Source: a virus (lineage: Duplodnaviria; Caudoviricetes). From it: DNA of 42,243 nucleotides. The DNA lies in the IMG/VR virus record IMGVR_UViG_3300044259_000023, positions 1 through 42,243 of that record. One strand, written 5' to 3'. Under the pieces are notes generated by a model. The model saw nothing but the letters and a program-made list of their open reading frames with translations, was not told the DNA's origin and did no database searches. Below are positions 1-8,937 of this stretch, one piece after another. The position numbers were made by a program, and so were the translations under genes. The stretch's first letter is position 1; every line of letters begins with the position of its first letter.

Positions 1-139
1 CAGCACTTCCTGGGCGGTTGCGTTGGGCACGCCGCCAGTCCCTACCCACTTGGTGCCGCCCGCAGCCTTGGTGCTGGGGGTCAAGTTGGCAGGCAATGCC
101 GGATCGTTGGTCATGCCGTAATTTTGCAGGCCGGCCACG
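1..139. repeat. Terminal direct repeat, left copy (circular assembly overlap)
   Basis: Identical to 42105-42243 except position 13 (G vs T, synonymous Ala codon in the capsid frame). Confidence 0.95.
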
Positions 140-651
140 CCGAACAGGTAGGTTTTGTTCTGGAACTTGTTCAGGGTCAACACAGAGGCGATCCCGACGC
201 GACTTGCCCAGTCAATCCGAGCGGCGCCAGCGCGCTCCAGCTCCTTCTCGCCCCACTGGGAAACGGTCTGGTAATGGAAGCTCTGGCGCTGCGGGAAGTT
301 GGTGTTTACGCCGGTTGCGCCGCTGTTGCTGTAGTCGCCGTAAGCGGCGGTCTGACCGGTAGATTCAACGACCGGGAACATCGCGGTCTCGGTGATCCAG
401 TCGCCCTTTTTGACTTCGGAGCCGACAGCCTCGGCCGCCTTAATCGGGGCAACCAGCACTTCGATCAGCTTCGGATCAATGTAGGTGGTCAGAAATGCCG
501 GGATACCGGAGTTGCTGACAGTGACAAGGCCAGGCTGCGCATCCATCGCCAGGCTGTAGTCATGAGCGAAGGCGGTATCCATCGCCATAGGCTGTTGGCC
601 CATGAAGTGAATGCCGGCGCGGCGCTCGAGCTCTTTAAAATCAATGATCAT
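1..651 (-). CDS. Major capsid protein (DUF2184-type), 5' part; continues across the circular junction to 41709
   Basis: Read manually: ATG at 651 with RBS TAAGGAG; MIIDFKELERRAGIHFMG...SNSGIPAFLTTYIDPKLIEVLVAP...YGDYSNSG...RQSFHYQT...; in frame with the 41709-42242 ORF; joined length about 348 aa. Confidence 0.9.
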   Translation of the reverse strand, partial: MIIDFKELERRAGIHFMGQQPMAMDTAFAHDYSLAMDAQPGLVTVSNSGIPAFLTTYIDPKLIEVLVAPIKAAEAVGSEVKKGDWITETAMFPVVESTGQTAAYGDYSNSGATGVNTNFPQRQSFHYQTVSQWGEKELERAGAARIDWASRVGIASVLTLNKFQNKTYLFGVAGLQNYGMTNDPALPANLTPSTKAAGGTKWVGTGGVPNATAQEVL

Positions 652-661
652 GTGCCGCTCC

Positions 662-1144
662 TTACAGGGAAATCACGGCCAGCTCGTTAAGAGCGGCAGC
701 TTGGGTGATAACGAAATCGGTCTCGATGAAACCGGAGATAGTGGCACCAGCGGCGCCAGCCTGCACAGTGCCATCGGTCAGCTTGGCAAAAGCCTTCTGG
801 CCCTTAGTGGCAGCGCCGACAGTGGCGGTGGCGAAGTAGTCGCCAGTGCGCATGACGGTTACCGGGAAGCCCTGCGGGATCACATTGCTGGACTCGGCCA
901 GGTAGGTGGAGATCAACGCCTGCTGCTCGCGGTGGATGAATCCATCCGGCTTGCCAGTGCCAGCGTTGGAGACCAGCCCAGTGGACGAGTCGATCCACGC
1001 AAAGCGGCCAACGGTCACGCCAGCAGATGCGGCAACATATTGACCCTCGCCAGCCGGGAACGATGCTCGCGGGTTGGCGGTGGCAAAATCACCAGCAACG
1101 GCAGGAGCCTGCTGGAGGTTTACGGTAGTTTGAAAACCTGACAT
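662..1144 (-). CDS. Head decoration/cement protein
   Basis: 160 aa, FQTTVNLQQAPAVAGDFATANP N-terminus; lies between protease and capsid genes. Confidence 0.75.
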   Translation of the reverse strand: MSGFQTTVNLQQAPAVAGDFATANPRASFPAGEGQYVAASAGVTVGRFAWIDSSTGLVSNAGTGKPDGFIHREQQALISTYLAESSNVIPQGFPVTVMRTGDYFATATVGAATKGQKAFAKLTDGTVQAGAAGATISGFIETDFVITQAAALNELAVISL

Positions 1145-1156
1145 TTTGTAGGCTCC

Positions 1157-2413
1157 TTATGCCTGACCGAAGCGGTCGAGGTTGAACTGTTTCACGGTAG
1201 CTGCGGAATCCTGCGCCAGGCTGGTGGAAGGCTTCGGAGCTGCGCGGCGATCTTTGATGGCATTGAACATCGAGCGCAGGCCGGGGGCCGGCATGTCCTT
1301 GTGGTCAACGCTCATTTTGTCCAGCGCGAAACGGTAGACTTGCTCGGCGCTATCCATGCCGATCACGTCGCCGACAACGGAGCGAACGTCAACCTTGGCT
1401 TGTTCAAGCTGGCGGAACTCGGCGCGCATGGAGTCCATCGCGGCGGTAACCTTCTCTTCCACGGCTTCCGGTTTCATTTCCAGATCTTCGTCCTTGGCGG
1501 CCATCATGCCTTTGGCAGCTTCCAGATCTTCCGGCGACAGCTTGCCAGCAAGGAACGCCATCAGGTCGTCGCCATCTTCGGCCACTTCCTTTTTGGGTTC
1601 GACAGCTTCCGGAGATTCTTCGATGCCGAGCACGGCATCAATGATCTCGTCCGCCTTCTCGGCGTCAATTTCGGAATCCATAGCGAGCAGGCTTTTCAGC
1701 ACCGACGCCTTCTTGAAGGTCTTTTTGTCAGCCTCCCCCACCAGGGCCGGCAAAGCCGAGTCCTGAGCGATTTTCGGGGACAGGCCTTGAAGCGACAGAG
1801 CAAGGGCTTTGCCCAGCTTGGTCATTTTCATGGCGGGGGTTTCCTTTGGTTTGGTAAAGGGGTTGGAGTCGGCGACGTAAACATCAGGCCCAGCGCGGCC
1901 GGCTTCCACGAGCGCTAGGTGATTGCCCTTGATGTCGCGCATTACCCCGTCGTATGCCTCGCCTTCCGGAGAGGTGCCGGGGGTCATGTCTGCGCGATAG
2001 TAATAGGCGGCTGATAGCTCGCACTGCTTTTCTGACTCCACGCCAGCGATGGCTGGAGCATCCCAGATGCACAATGAAGCCTTGAGGTATTGCTCATCGA
2101 AAGAGACGTCAGATCCGATGGAGCCGACTACATTCTCTTTCTTTGGCTCCTCTACAGTCACGCGAATGTGCTTGTTGAGGATAGGTAGATTGTTGAACGT
2201 GCTAGCGCCTTTTGTCAGCTCGTCAGGGTCGCGGTACAGGCGATAAACCTTGCCAGCATCAAGCCCAAGCTCTTGCCAGCCGGGGATCTCGCTACCCATG
2301 TACGGGCATACGTTGGCCTTACTGATGTTGGTTTTAGAAACGTGCAAGCGCCCGTCAGCGTCAATGCTACGGGCAGATTGGCGGTCAAAAGCCATCAAGT
2401 TTGGATTGGGCAT
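1157..2413 (-). CDS. Prohead protease/scaffold (DUF2213 family)
   Basis: DADGRLHV...KANVCPYMGSEIP...ELSAAY...GNHLALVEAGRAGPDV motifs; acidic scaffold-like C-terminus; start taken at ATG 2413. Confidence 0.85.
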   Translation of the reverse strand: MPNPNLMAFDRQSARSIDADGRLHVSKTNISKANVCPYMGSEIPGWQELGLDAGKVYRLYRDPDELTKGASTFNNLPILNKHIRVTVEEPKKENVVGSIGSDVSFDEQYLKASLCIWDAPAIAGVESEKQCELSAAYYYRADMTPGTSPEGEAYDGVMRDIKGNHLALVEAGRAGPDVYVADSNPFTKPKETPAMKMTKLGKALALSLQGLSPKIAQDSALPALVGEADKKTFKKASVLKSLLAMDSEIDAEKADEIIDAVLGIEESPEAVEPKKEVAEDGDDLMAFLAGKLSPEDLEAAKGMMAAKDEDLEMKPEAVEEKVTAAMDSMRAEFRQLEQAKVDVRSVVGDVIGMDSAEQVYRFALDKMSVDHKDMPAPGLRSMFNAIKDRRAAPKPSTSLAQDSAATVKQFNLDRFGQA

Positions 2414-2443
2414 CACCTGAACCACGTTTCGATAACTGCAACA

Positions 2444-2516
2444 ATTATGGGGCCGCGATGATTTTTTTGCAACGACCGCAAAACATGTTGCGCTTACTGG
2501 TGTTGTTGCGGATAAT
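2444..2516. promoter_or_regulatory. Divergent sigma70-like promoters (protease/capsid operon and inserted + strand operon)
   Basis: + strand TTGCGC(2488)-17-GATAAT(2511); - strand TTGCAA-17-CATAAT. Confidence 0.6.
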
Positions 2517-2545
2517 AAGCGAAACAACCAACAGTGGTGAACCAA

Positions 2546-2812
2546 ATGAAAAACTCAGATATGCCAGCAATGCCTAGTGACATTGATGCTCAAACTTTCG
2601 GCGAACTGTTCTCGTCCGATTTTAGAGAATTAACAAAATACCGATCCGGTATGACCAAACGTGAAACTATCGCAATGCACCTGATGCAAGGGATTCTCTC
2701 CGCCGGGGATGCTGATGGGTTCGTTTTTGGCGACGAAGTTGGCTTCGCTGGGTTCGCTGTATCGTGTGCGGATGCCCTTCTTGCAGAATTAGATCGCACA
2801 CAAACACCCTGA
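2546..2812 (+). CDS. Conserved phage hypothetical protein
   Basis: GMTKRETIAMHLMQG...ADALLAEL motif common in small phage early proteins. Confidence 0.7.
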   Translation: MKNSDMPAMPSDIDAQTFGELFSSDFRELTKYRSGMTKRETIAMHLMQGILSAGDADGFVFGDEVGFAGFAVSCADALLAELDRTQTP

Positions 2813-2846
2813 GCCACGCACTAACAACAGGAGGGATTATCCGAAA

Positions 2847-2981
2847 ATGCCAAAAACCATAACCTGCCCATACTGCGGCACAACAAAAACCGTCCGCGCC
2901 GACGCCGAGACCTGCGGGTCTGGTGTGTGCCGAATGAAGAAGTCACGGGAAGCCAAAAAACAACAGGAGAACAAGAAATGA
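2847..2981 (+). CDS. Small Zn-finger protein (44 aa; not in ORF track)
   Basis: MPKTITCPYCGTTKTVRADAETCGSGVCRMKKSR; upstream AGGAGGG; ATGA overlap with next gene. Confidence 0.65.
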   Translation: MPKTITCPYCGTTKTVRADAETCGSGVCRMKKSREAKKQQENKK

Positions 2982-3910
2982 AAATCAGCAAAAGCAAACG
3001 TCAACTGGCTCAATTGCTCATCGAAGCCGGGGTTAAGCAATTCCCCAACAGGGCAAACTTTGTGGCCCATGATGGTAATGGCGCCGGATTCTACTCTGGC
3101 GGAAAGCCGTACTGGGATTCCAACCATCACGAGTGGGCGTCAAATGCAGAAAATGGAAGTTGCGTTGGCGTCCATACACTCAATGGCCGCATAAAAAACC
3201 ACCATCAGACCGTACTGAGCCGCGCCGAGTTCGACAAGATAGTCGCTGAGGGCGCAGAACATGGCAAGCCTGATGCAGATGGGTGGATTGAGTGGAAAGG
3301 TGGTGAGCGTCCGGTTGATGGTTCCGCATTAGTAGAGGTAAAGCTGCGCAACCCTTCCGCTGGCAATATTGAACGAATCAGAAAAGCTGATGAATTTTGC
3401 TGGAATTCAGGATTTGGTGGTGGTGGAGAAATCATCTCCTATCGCCTGCACAAGCCGGAATCGGCTGAGCCGCAATACTGCGAATCCGTGACGCGCACAA
3501 TCCCCGAGCCGGTCACTGCGCCGACTCTAGATCAGTTGTTGCAGGATTACCGCAACGCCGCAGATTTCGCAGCTACCAAGCAGACAGAGGCGGACGAAGC
3601 TGCCAAGATGCGCGACGAGCGGTGGAAGGATGCGCAAGCGCGAGCCTGTGAGCTTGGTGTGCGCATCAGCGTTGAGCTAGTCGTTGATGCTGAAATTAGC
3701 GAACCTGAGCCGGTGATTACCGATTGGCGGGATGTTAAGCCGGGCGACATTGTGTGGATTGGCGACAGAGTTGATGATCCAGATTGCGATGGCGCTGAAT
3801 ATGAGGTGGAGCGCATTGATGAGCGCGATCAAGGGCAGCCGTTTAAACTTAACGGTGGCTTATGGCCTATGATTAATCGGAGGGGGTGGCGCTTCATCCG
3901 CCGACCGTAA
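2978..3910 (+). CDS. Multi-module phage hypothetical protein (310 aa)
   Basis: RBS AGGAG; contains GWIEWKGGERPV...VEVKLR...IISYRL module seen in many phage proteins. Confidence 0.75.
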   Translation: MKISKSKRQLAQLLIEAGVKQFPNRANFVAHDGNGAGFYSGGKPYWDSNHHEWASNAENGSCVGVHTLNGRIKNHHQTVLSRAEFDKIVAEGAEHGKPDADGWIEWKGGERPVDGSALVEVKLRNPSAGNIERIRKADEFCWNSGFGGGGEIISYRLHKPESAEPQYCESVTRTIPEPVTAPTLDQLLQDYRNAADFAATKQTEADEAAKMRDERWKDAQARACELGVRISVELVVDAEISEPEPVITDWRDVKPGDIVWIGDRVDDPDCDGAEYEVERIDERDQGQPFKLNGGLWPMINRRGWRFIRRP

Positions 3911-3927
3911 CAACAGGAGACAAAATA

Positions 3928-4218
3928 ATGGCAATAACAAAAGATCAAATGTATAGAGCGGCAGAGCAATTCAGCGAGTACAGGAGCAAACCAAAGCCCA
4001 AGTATTGCGCATATGAAGATGCCAAGAAACTCATAGTGTTTATGATGGAGAGAAAACTTCCTCCGTATACGGCGTTTATATTCCTCATGGTGCAAGGTCG
4101 CTTTTTTGAGCCCGACATTTCACTAAGGGATTTTGTGTGCAGATATGAAAATTTTGTGTTCGGCAGCCCTTACCGACGCGACAGGATGGAATATATCCAC
4201 AAGCTACTACATGGATAA
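3928..4218 (+). CDS. Hypothetical protein (AT-rich)
   Basis: RBS AGGAG, 96 aa, ends at terminator. Confidence 0.65.
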   Translation: MAITKDQMYRAAEQFSEYRSKPKPKYCAYEDAKKLIVFMMERKLPPYTAFIFLMVQGRFFEPDISLRDFVCRYENFVFGSPYRRDRMEYIHKLLHG

Positions 4219-4245
4219 CAAAAGCCCCATTGCGGGGCTTTTTTC
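4219..4245. terminator. Bidirectional intrinsic terminator
   Basis: AAAAGCCCC-ATTGC-GGGGCTTTTTT between convergent genes. Confidence 0.85.
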
Positions 4246-5022
4246 TTAGAACGGCAACACGCTCTTGCTCACACACCTACAGTTTATCTCCTCGCCGGGG
4301 AGAATGTGCTTTCCGTCAATCAAACACCCCTCGGCAATTTTGAACCTTCTCCCATCTGCCGCAACGTGCGACTTGCGCGGCTCTTTCCCGCCGTGCGAGT
4401 GCTGCCATATAGCCTCGGTTATTCCAAGCTCCTGCCGGCGTGCCTGCGTAGTCACAGCGTTAAGCTTGTTGGACTGGTCACGGGCAATCAGAGCGGCGCG
4501 GCTGCTGGTCACTTCATAGCGCGAGAGCAATTCATTGGTGATCTCTTCCAAGTCTCGCCCCCGGCTATACCCGCGCATGACAATGCCTTCCACTTGCGTG
4601 AAATACTGCTGCGGGATGGACTTGATTAGCGCGACATTCTCGACGACTGCCGCTTTCGCCGCATCCTGCATGGCTCGCGTCATCTTGAAGTCAACCGCCC
4701 ACCCAGCATCTTTCAGCGCCTTCTGGAATGAGTTGTCCGTTGCCTTGATGCTGCCGGCGGCAAACCGCTTGGCAATGTCAGCGGCCATATCGTTGAATCT
4801 GGCAATCCATCGCTTCGATACCTCGCGCACCTTTGCTGCCATCTCAGCGGCCGGCAGGGAGTCCATTGCCACTTCCGGCGGAGCCTTGCGGTACTGCGCG
4901 CGGAGCCAGTATTCCGCAGAATTGCTCATCTCCTTAATGAGTGCTTCGAGGTCACTGCGATATCTGGCCTCCACACCTCGGTTGGCGTGGATGGCTCGGA
5001 CGGTTTTGGGCTTTTGGGTCAT
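4246..5022 (-). CDS. Head morphogenesis protein (SPP1 gp7/Mu gpF family)
   Basis: RAALIARDQSNK...W...R.SH...PGEEINCRC motif; follows portal. Confidence 0.9.
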   Translation of the reverse strand: MTQKPKTVRAIHANRGVEARYRSDLEALIKEMSNSAEYWLRAQYRKAPPEVAMDSLPAAEMAAKVREVSKRWIARFNDMAADIAKRFAAGSIKATDNSFQKALKDAGWAVDFKMTRAMQDAAKAAVVENVALIKSIPQQYFTQVEGIVMRGYSRGRDLEEITNELLSRYEVTSSRAALIARDQSNKLNAVTTQARRQELGITEAIWQHSHGGKEPRKSHVAADGRRFKIAEGCLIDGKHILPGEEINCRCVSKSVLPF

Positions 5023-6569
5023 TATTGGCCCTCCTCGCTCGGCAGCGCATCCGGCGCCGGCATATCGGGATCTGCCTCGACATCAAACGTCCCCACCCCC
5101 ACGATCTCCAGTTCCCCGTCGATATTGTCCCACCCAGAGTCGGGGTCATCGGCCAGTTGCTGGCGCGCCTCGCTGGCATCAATCACCCCATTGGTGATGT
5201 ACACCTGGGTTTCGTTGGCGCGATTAATGCGGATTTCGCTTTCTTCCTTAGCGCTGGTCTGCCACAGCGACTTGAATTTGAACGTGATCGAGTCGTCAAT
5301 CTCGCCCCACAAGTGGAGCTGGATCACCTTCAGACAGGTGTCGATAGGCTGGTAGTAATACGCCTCTTGCACAGCACCAATCCAGTCGTAGAACGAGCGG
5401 ATCTCACCTTCGCTGCTGGCGTTCATCCCCGTGGGACTGATGCCGGTCAAAATCATGGCGGGAATGCGGCTCACTGAGCACATGTGCTCCTGTGCCTGCG
5501 CCTGCAAGTCGCTGAGCCCGGACAAGGGGGTGTTAACCTGCACCACATCTTCGGCTTCCATATCCATTACACCCATGCCAAGGTTTGACATCGTGTTGAC
5601 GTAGATATCCAGCCGGTCGAACAAGTCGCCGCCGTCGCCGCCATTGAGCACCTGGGACATGTCGGTTTTCAGGAACGTGCGAGAGAACTTGTCCACCAAG
5701 TCGCTCACAGCCTGCCGAGTGCGCAGCCAGTTCTCAACGTATGGCTGAGCCAGTTGAGACAGTGACATGCCGGAGAAGTTATAGGCCGGCTTGAGCATGT
5801 CGGGCAGCGGTCGGGTGATGATGGTCAGCAGGCGCGAGGCGTGAACGTTGCGACCCAGCACCCACCAAGTGCTCGGCTTGTAAAAGTCCGGCGCTGTGGG
5901 GTCGATGGCGTTATAGGCGCTCGGGCTAGTCCACATTGCCTCAATTGCGGTGAAGTCTCGCAAGCTTCCTTTCTGGATGGTGCGCGGGTCAAGAATAAGG
6001 GGGAGTGCCTGATCTGCCCCCTTGATGTTGATGGAGATCTGGCCTCGACCAAACAGAGTTTCCTGCTCAGCGGCCTGCCGGAAGACGTGGCGCAGGTTGA
6101 AATACTCGCACTCCTCCTCCAGTCGCTTTATCTTGTCGGCCAGGGCTTTGGCGTTTTTTCGATCCTTGCTAGTGATCTCAATCCACTCCCGGGTTAACTC
6201 GGTACTGGTGGTCGATGCGAATGCCCGGTATTCAGGGCGGGTGGCCAGCGCGGCAAGGTTCTGGTATCCGGGGAACGGCTGGATGTTGGCAGCATAGAGG
6301 ACGCCAGCAGCCGAGTTTAAAAACTGATAGATCGAGCCGCATAGCGAGTCCATTGCTACTGCTGGCTTTTCCCCTTCCGGCACCACCCCAGGTATTAACA
6401 TCGGAGGCTCCCAGCGGGCAGCAGCATCACGCGCTCGCTTTTCCATTGAGCGGATTTTTGCTTTTGCCAGCGCACTTCTGCGTCGCTTTTCCTGCTCTTC
6501 CGCACGGACTGCCGCAATCGCCGCCTCAATGGCCTCTTGCCGCTTCTCTTTTGCATCAAATGGCCACAT
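5022..6569 (-). CDS. Portal protein (DUF1073-type)
   Basis: 515 aa directly after terL; VHASRLL, LSGLSDL, IPAMILTGISPTGMNASSEGEIRSFYD motifs. Confidence 0.88.
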   Translation of the reverse strand: MWPFDAKEKRQEAIEAAIAAVRAEEQEKRRRSALAKAKIRSMEKRARDAAARWEPPMLIPGVVPEGEKPAVAMDSLCGSIYQFLNSAAGVLYAANIQPFPGYQNLAALATRPEYRAFASTTSTELTREWIEITSKDRKNAKALADKIKRLEEECEYFNLRHVFRQAAEQETLFGRGQISINIKGADQALPLILDPRTIQKGSLRDFTAIEAMWTSPSAYNAIDPTAPDFYKPSTWWVLGRNVHASRLLTIITRPLPDMLKPAYNFSGMSLSQLAQPYVENWLRTRQAVSDLVDKFSRTFLKTDMSQVLNGGDGGDLFDRLDIYVNTMSNLGMGVMDMEAEDVVQVNTPLSGLSDLQAQAQEHMCSVSRIPAMILTGISPTGMNASSEGEIRSFYDWIGAVQEAYYYQPIDTCLKVIQLHLWGEIDDSITFKFKSLWQTSAKEESEIRINRANETQVYITNGVIDASEARQQLADDPDSGWDNIDGELEIVGVGTFDVEADPDMPAPDALPSEEGQ

Positions 6570-6587
6570 GTGGCGCTCTCCTATCAG

Positions 6588-7874
6588 TTATCGTCTAGCC
6601 ATAGGATACCGCATGGCTCGGGCCTTGGCTTTCTCGGAAATCCGCACACGACCGCGATTCTTCATGACCTGTTCCAGGCCGTAGCGGATCGAGTCAATGT
6701 AGTGGTTGAACTTATCCAGTATGACCTTTGTCACGTCGCCTGTCAGCCTGTCCACCTTATAGCTGTAACGCTGAAACTCCCTGGCGGTCTCTTGACAGCG
6801 CGGGTGGATCACCACCAACGCAAACGACTTGATGAACTCGACCCCATCCTCGACGCTGCCCTTACCCTTCTCAACCCCGACAATTCCCGGCATGTTCTTG
6901 CGCTTCCCGTCAGGATCGGCGCGCTTGAGGTAGCTTATAGACTCTGGCCGCGCACTATCAGCGCGGACGGTTTCGCGGTCGAACTTCGGAATGCGACCAC
7001 AGATGTAATCGGCTGTGTGGTCTAGCTCAAGCCCGACCTTGCCTGCCTCATATTCGACATATAGCGTGTCGCCGTGGATCCAACATTGCGTGGCTGCCGT
7101 GGGGTCTTGGGAAAACCCGAAGTCCAGACCATTGTAGGGGCCATCCCAGTCATCGCCGTGGGTGAACTCCCGCACCTCATACTTGCCGGCAAATATCTGT
7201 GCCTGAGAGTTTTTGCGGTAAGCACCCTCCCACACCCAAGCGTATGTTGGGCCGTCGAGCCGGTTGTAGTCATTTAGGCGCTCTTGCTCAAGCACGGCCG
7301 GGAACCATGGATTGTCAGAGTAGTTCATCTCGACAATGCAGGCGTTATCGGGCGGGTTTATGCGAAAACGCTGGTTGGTCGGGCTTTCCTCGTCCTCCGG
7401 GTTCCAAGTGATCCAGACCTCGGAGTTTTCGGCGCGCACGGTAGGTAGCAGCTTTGACCACGCCATTTCCGACACGCTTTCCGCCTCGTCAATCCAGGCG
7501 ATCAGGATGCGAGCCTTCGACTTGATGCTGTCCAAGTTATGGCGCAGGCCACAAAACACATAGGACACTCGGCGATCTCTGGTTCGGATAAACTTTTCGC
7601 CAATCTCAAAAAACGCATCGAGCCAGGGTGTCTCTCGGATGGCCTGCTTGATCTCCTCCATTGAGGAATCTTCCAGAGAGTTCATGAACTCCCGACCGCA
7701 CAGCACGACACCATTGATCCCAGCCTGAGCAAACATCATCGCTCGTACGGCGGTCATTTTGGCGAATGTGCGGGTTTTGGCGCTACCTCGCCCACCGAAC
7801 GCGCCGCGATACCGGTAATTGCCGGTAAAGACGGGGATCAGCTTGGGCGGAACCTCAAGCCTGGCTGTCGTCAT
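6588..7874 (-). CDS. terL: Terminase large subunit, PBSX-type
   Basis: Walker A GGRGSAKT, Walker B WIDEA, nuclease GLDFGF and NHYIDSIRY. Confidence 0.95.
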   Translation of the reverse strand: MTTARLEVPPKLIPVFTGNYRYRGAFGGRGSAKTRTFAKMTAVRAMMFAQAGINGVVLCGREFMNSLEDSSMEEIKQAIRETPWLDAFFEIGEKFIRTRDRRVSYVFCGLRHNLDSIKSKARILIAWIDEAESVSEMAWSKLLPTVRAENSEVWITWNPEDEESPTNQRFRINPPDNACIVEMNYSDNPWFPAVLEQERLNDYNRLDGPTYAWVWEGAYRKNSQAQIFAGKYEVREFTHGDDWDGPYNGLDFGFSQDPTAATQCWIHGDTLYVEYEAGKVGLELDHTADYICGRIPKFDRETVRADSARPESISYLKRADPDGKRKNMPGIVGVEKGKGSVEDGVEFIKSFALVVIHPRCQETAREFQRYSYKVDRLTGDVTKVILDKFNHYIDSIRYGLEQVMKNRGRVRISEKAKARAMRYPMARR

Positions 7875-8292
7875 CAGTCGGACCAACAAGCTGAATGACA
7901 GTTGGGGTCAGCGCAGAGCCACCCGGGCCGGTATGCTCAATGATCTGCTTATCTAACCCCAGCAGCTTTGCCTTGCCCATCGTGGCGGCGGTAGCGGCGG
8001 CGGATTGAGGCGTTTCAGCACACAGAGCGGCCTGTCGGTTTTCCTCGAGCTCCTTTAGGAGCGTGTCTACCGTGATCTGATTGCGCTTTGATGTGGCTTC
8101 TTGGAGCTCTGCCACCCTCGCCGCCACATGCTCTTTTGCGAATAGCTCGCACGACTTCACGGCGACGGATGTTGCCTTCCACTCTCTTGAGCGAGGGTAA
8201 GCCTCTCGATAGGCATCAGCTTGAGTGGCGCCCTTAACTAGCGCTTGGCAGGCCGCTTCTTCTTGCAAGTTGCATTTCTTCATCTTCGTCAT
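7855..8292 (-). CDS. terS: Terminase small subunit
   Basis: ATQADAYREAY...V.ARVAEL...KAKLLGL pattern; immediately upstream of terL. Confidence 0.85.
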   Translation of the reverse strand: MTKMKKCNLQEEAACQALVKGATQADAYREAYPRSREWKATSVAVKSCELFAKEHVAARVAELQEATSKRNQITVDTLLKELEENRQAALCAETPQSAAATAATMGKAKLLGLDKQIIEHTGPGGSALTPTVIQLVGPTDDDSQA

Positions 8293-8340
8293 CGCTATTA
8301 CCGAATACTTAACAGCAAGCCTACCACTTTTCACCAAGCA

Positions 8341-8384
8341 ATAAAAAACCCCAGCGTACACCTTGTAGTGAAGAGGCCAGGGTC
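8341..8384 (-). terminator. Probable intrinsic terminator downstream of the tRNA-like RNA
   Basis: CCCTGG...CTGGGG followed by TTTTTTATT on - strand; stem imperfect. Confidence 0.5.
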
Positions 8385-8469
8385 ATGTTTTATTTTGTAG
8401 CGATACTGCGGTTTCAGTCCGTCGCCTCGAGCTCTCATAACCCATCAGCAGCTTTGGTTTCATTACCGT

Positions 8470-8584
8470 GTGGTGGCCGGTGCTGATCTCCGGCATTCCA
8501 GATTCAGCGCCTATCTGGAAAGATCGAGGGGTAAACCCTTAGCGACTCTGCTCTTCTTCTCGCATCAGCCTGCGCATTCACCAC
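8470..8584 (-). ncRNA. tRNA-shaped structured ncRNA (not a canonical tRNA)
   Basis: GUGGUG/CACCAC closing stem, CGCA/UGCG arm, UUCCAGAU/AUCUGGAA arm, GCCGG/CCGGC arm stacked on the closing stem; extended -10 TGCTAAAAT places +1 at 8584. Confidence 0.7.
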
Positions 8585-8640
8585 GTCAAGATTTTAGCAT
8601 ACCAAGGCGATCATGGTAGAGCCTTTAATGATAGTATCGC

Positions 8641-8937
8641 TCACTTCCCATTCAGAAATATCTCCCCCATCTGCCCATCTACAACAGCACGCGCCTTGGC
8701 TTCTGCAACCCGGTCATACCAACGCTCGAGAGACTTGGCATCTTCCATTTCTTGCAACTCTGCGCGAGTCTTTGGCCGGCACTCGATGCCAACTAGCGAG
8801 TTATTGACGACGCAAACGCTTGGCCCATAGATGCGCTCATAGCGCGCCAGCTCTTCCGCAATCTTGTCCGATTTGTAGCTTTCCCAGTAGTGGTTTCCAA
8901 CTGCGGCAGCAACGATGATAATTACGATGCGCGACAT
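8641..8937 (-). CDS. Hypothetical protein with N-terminal hydrophobic/signal segment
   Basis: MSRIVIIIVAAAVG; RBS GGAG. Confidence 0.6.
   Translation of the reverse strand: MSRIVIIIVAAAVGNHYWESYKSDKIAEELARYERIYGPSVCVVNNSLVGIECRPKTRAELQEMEDAKSLERWYDRVAEAKARAVVDGQMGEIFLNGK

Noticed and set aside
8385-8463. Possible hammerhead ribozyme (CUGAUG...GAAA) or 26-aa ORF downstream of the tRNA-like RNA
   Set aside because: Core reads CUGAUGG rather than CUGAUGA and I could not build stems I-III; the ORF has no convincing RBS
8470-8584. Canonical tRNA or tmRNA call
   Set aside because: No GUUC T-loop, no 7-nt anticodon loop, no CCA tail, and too short for tmRNA
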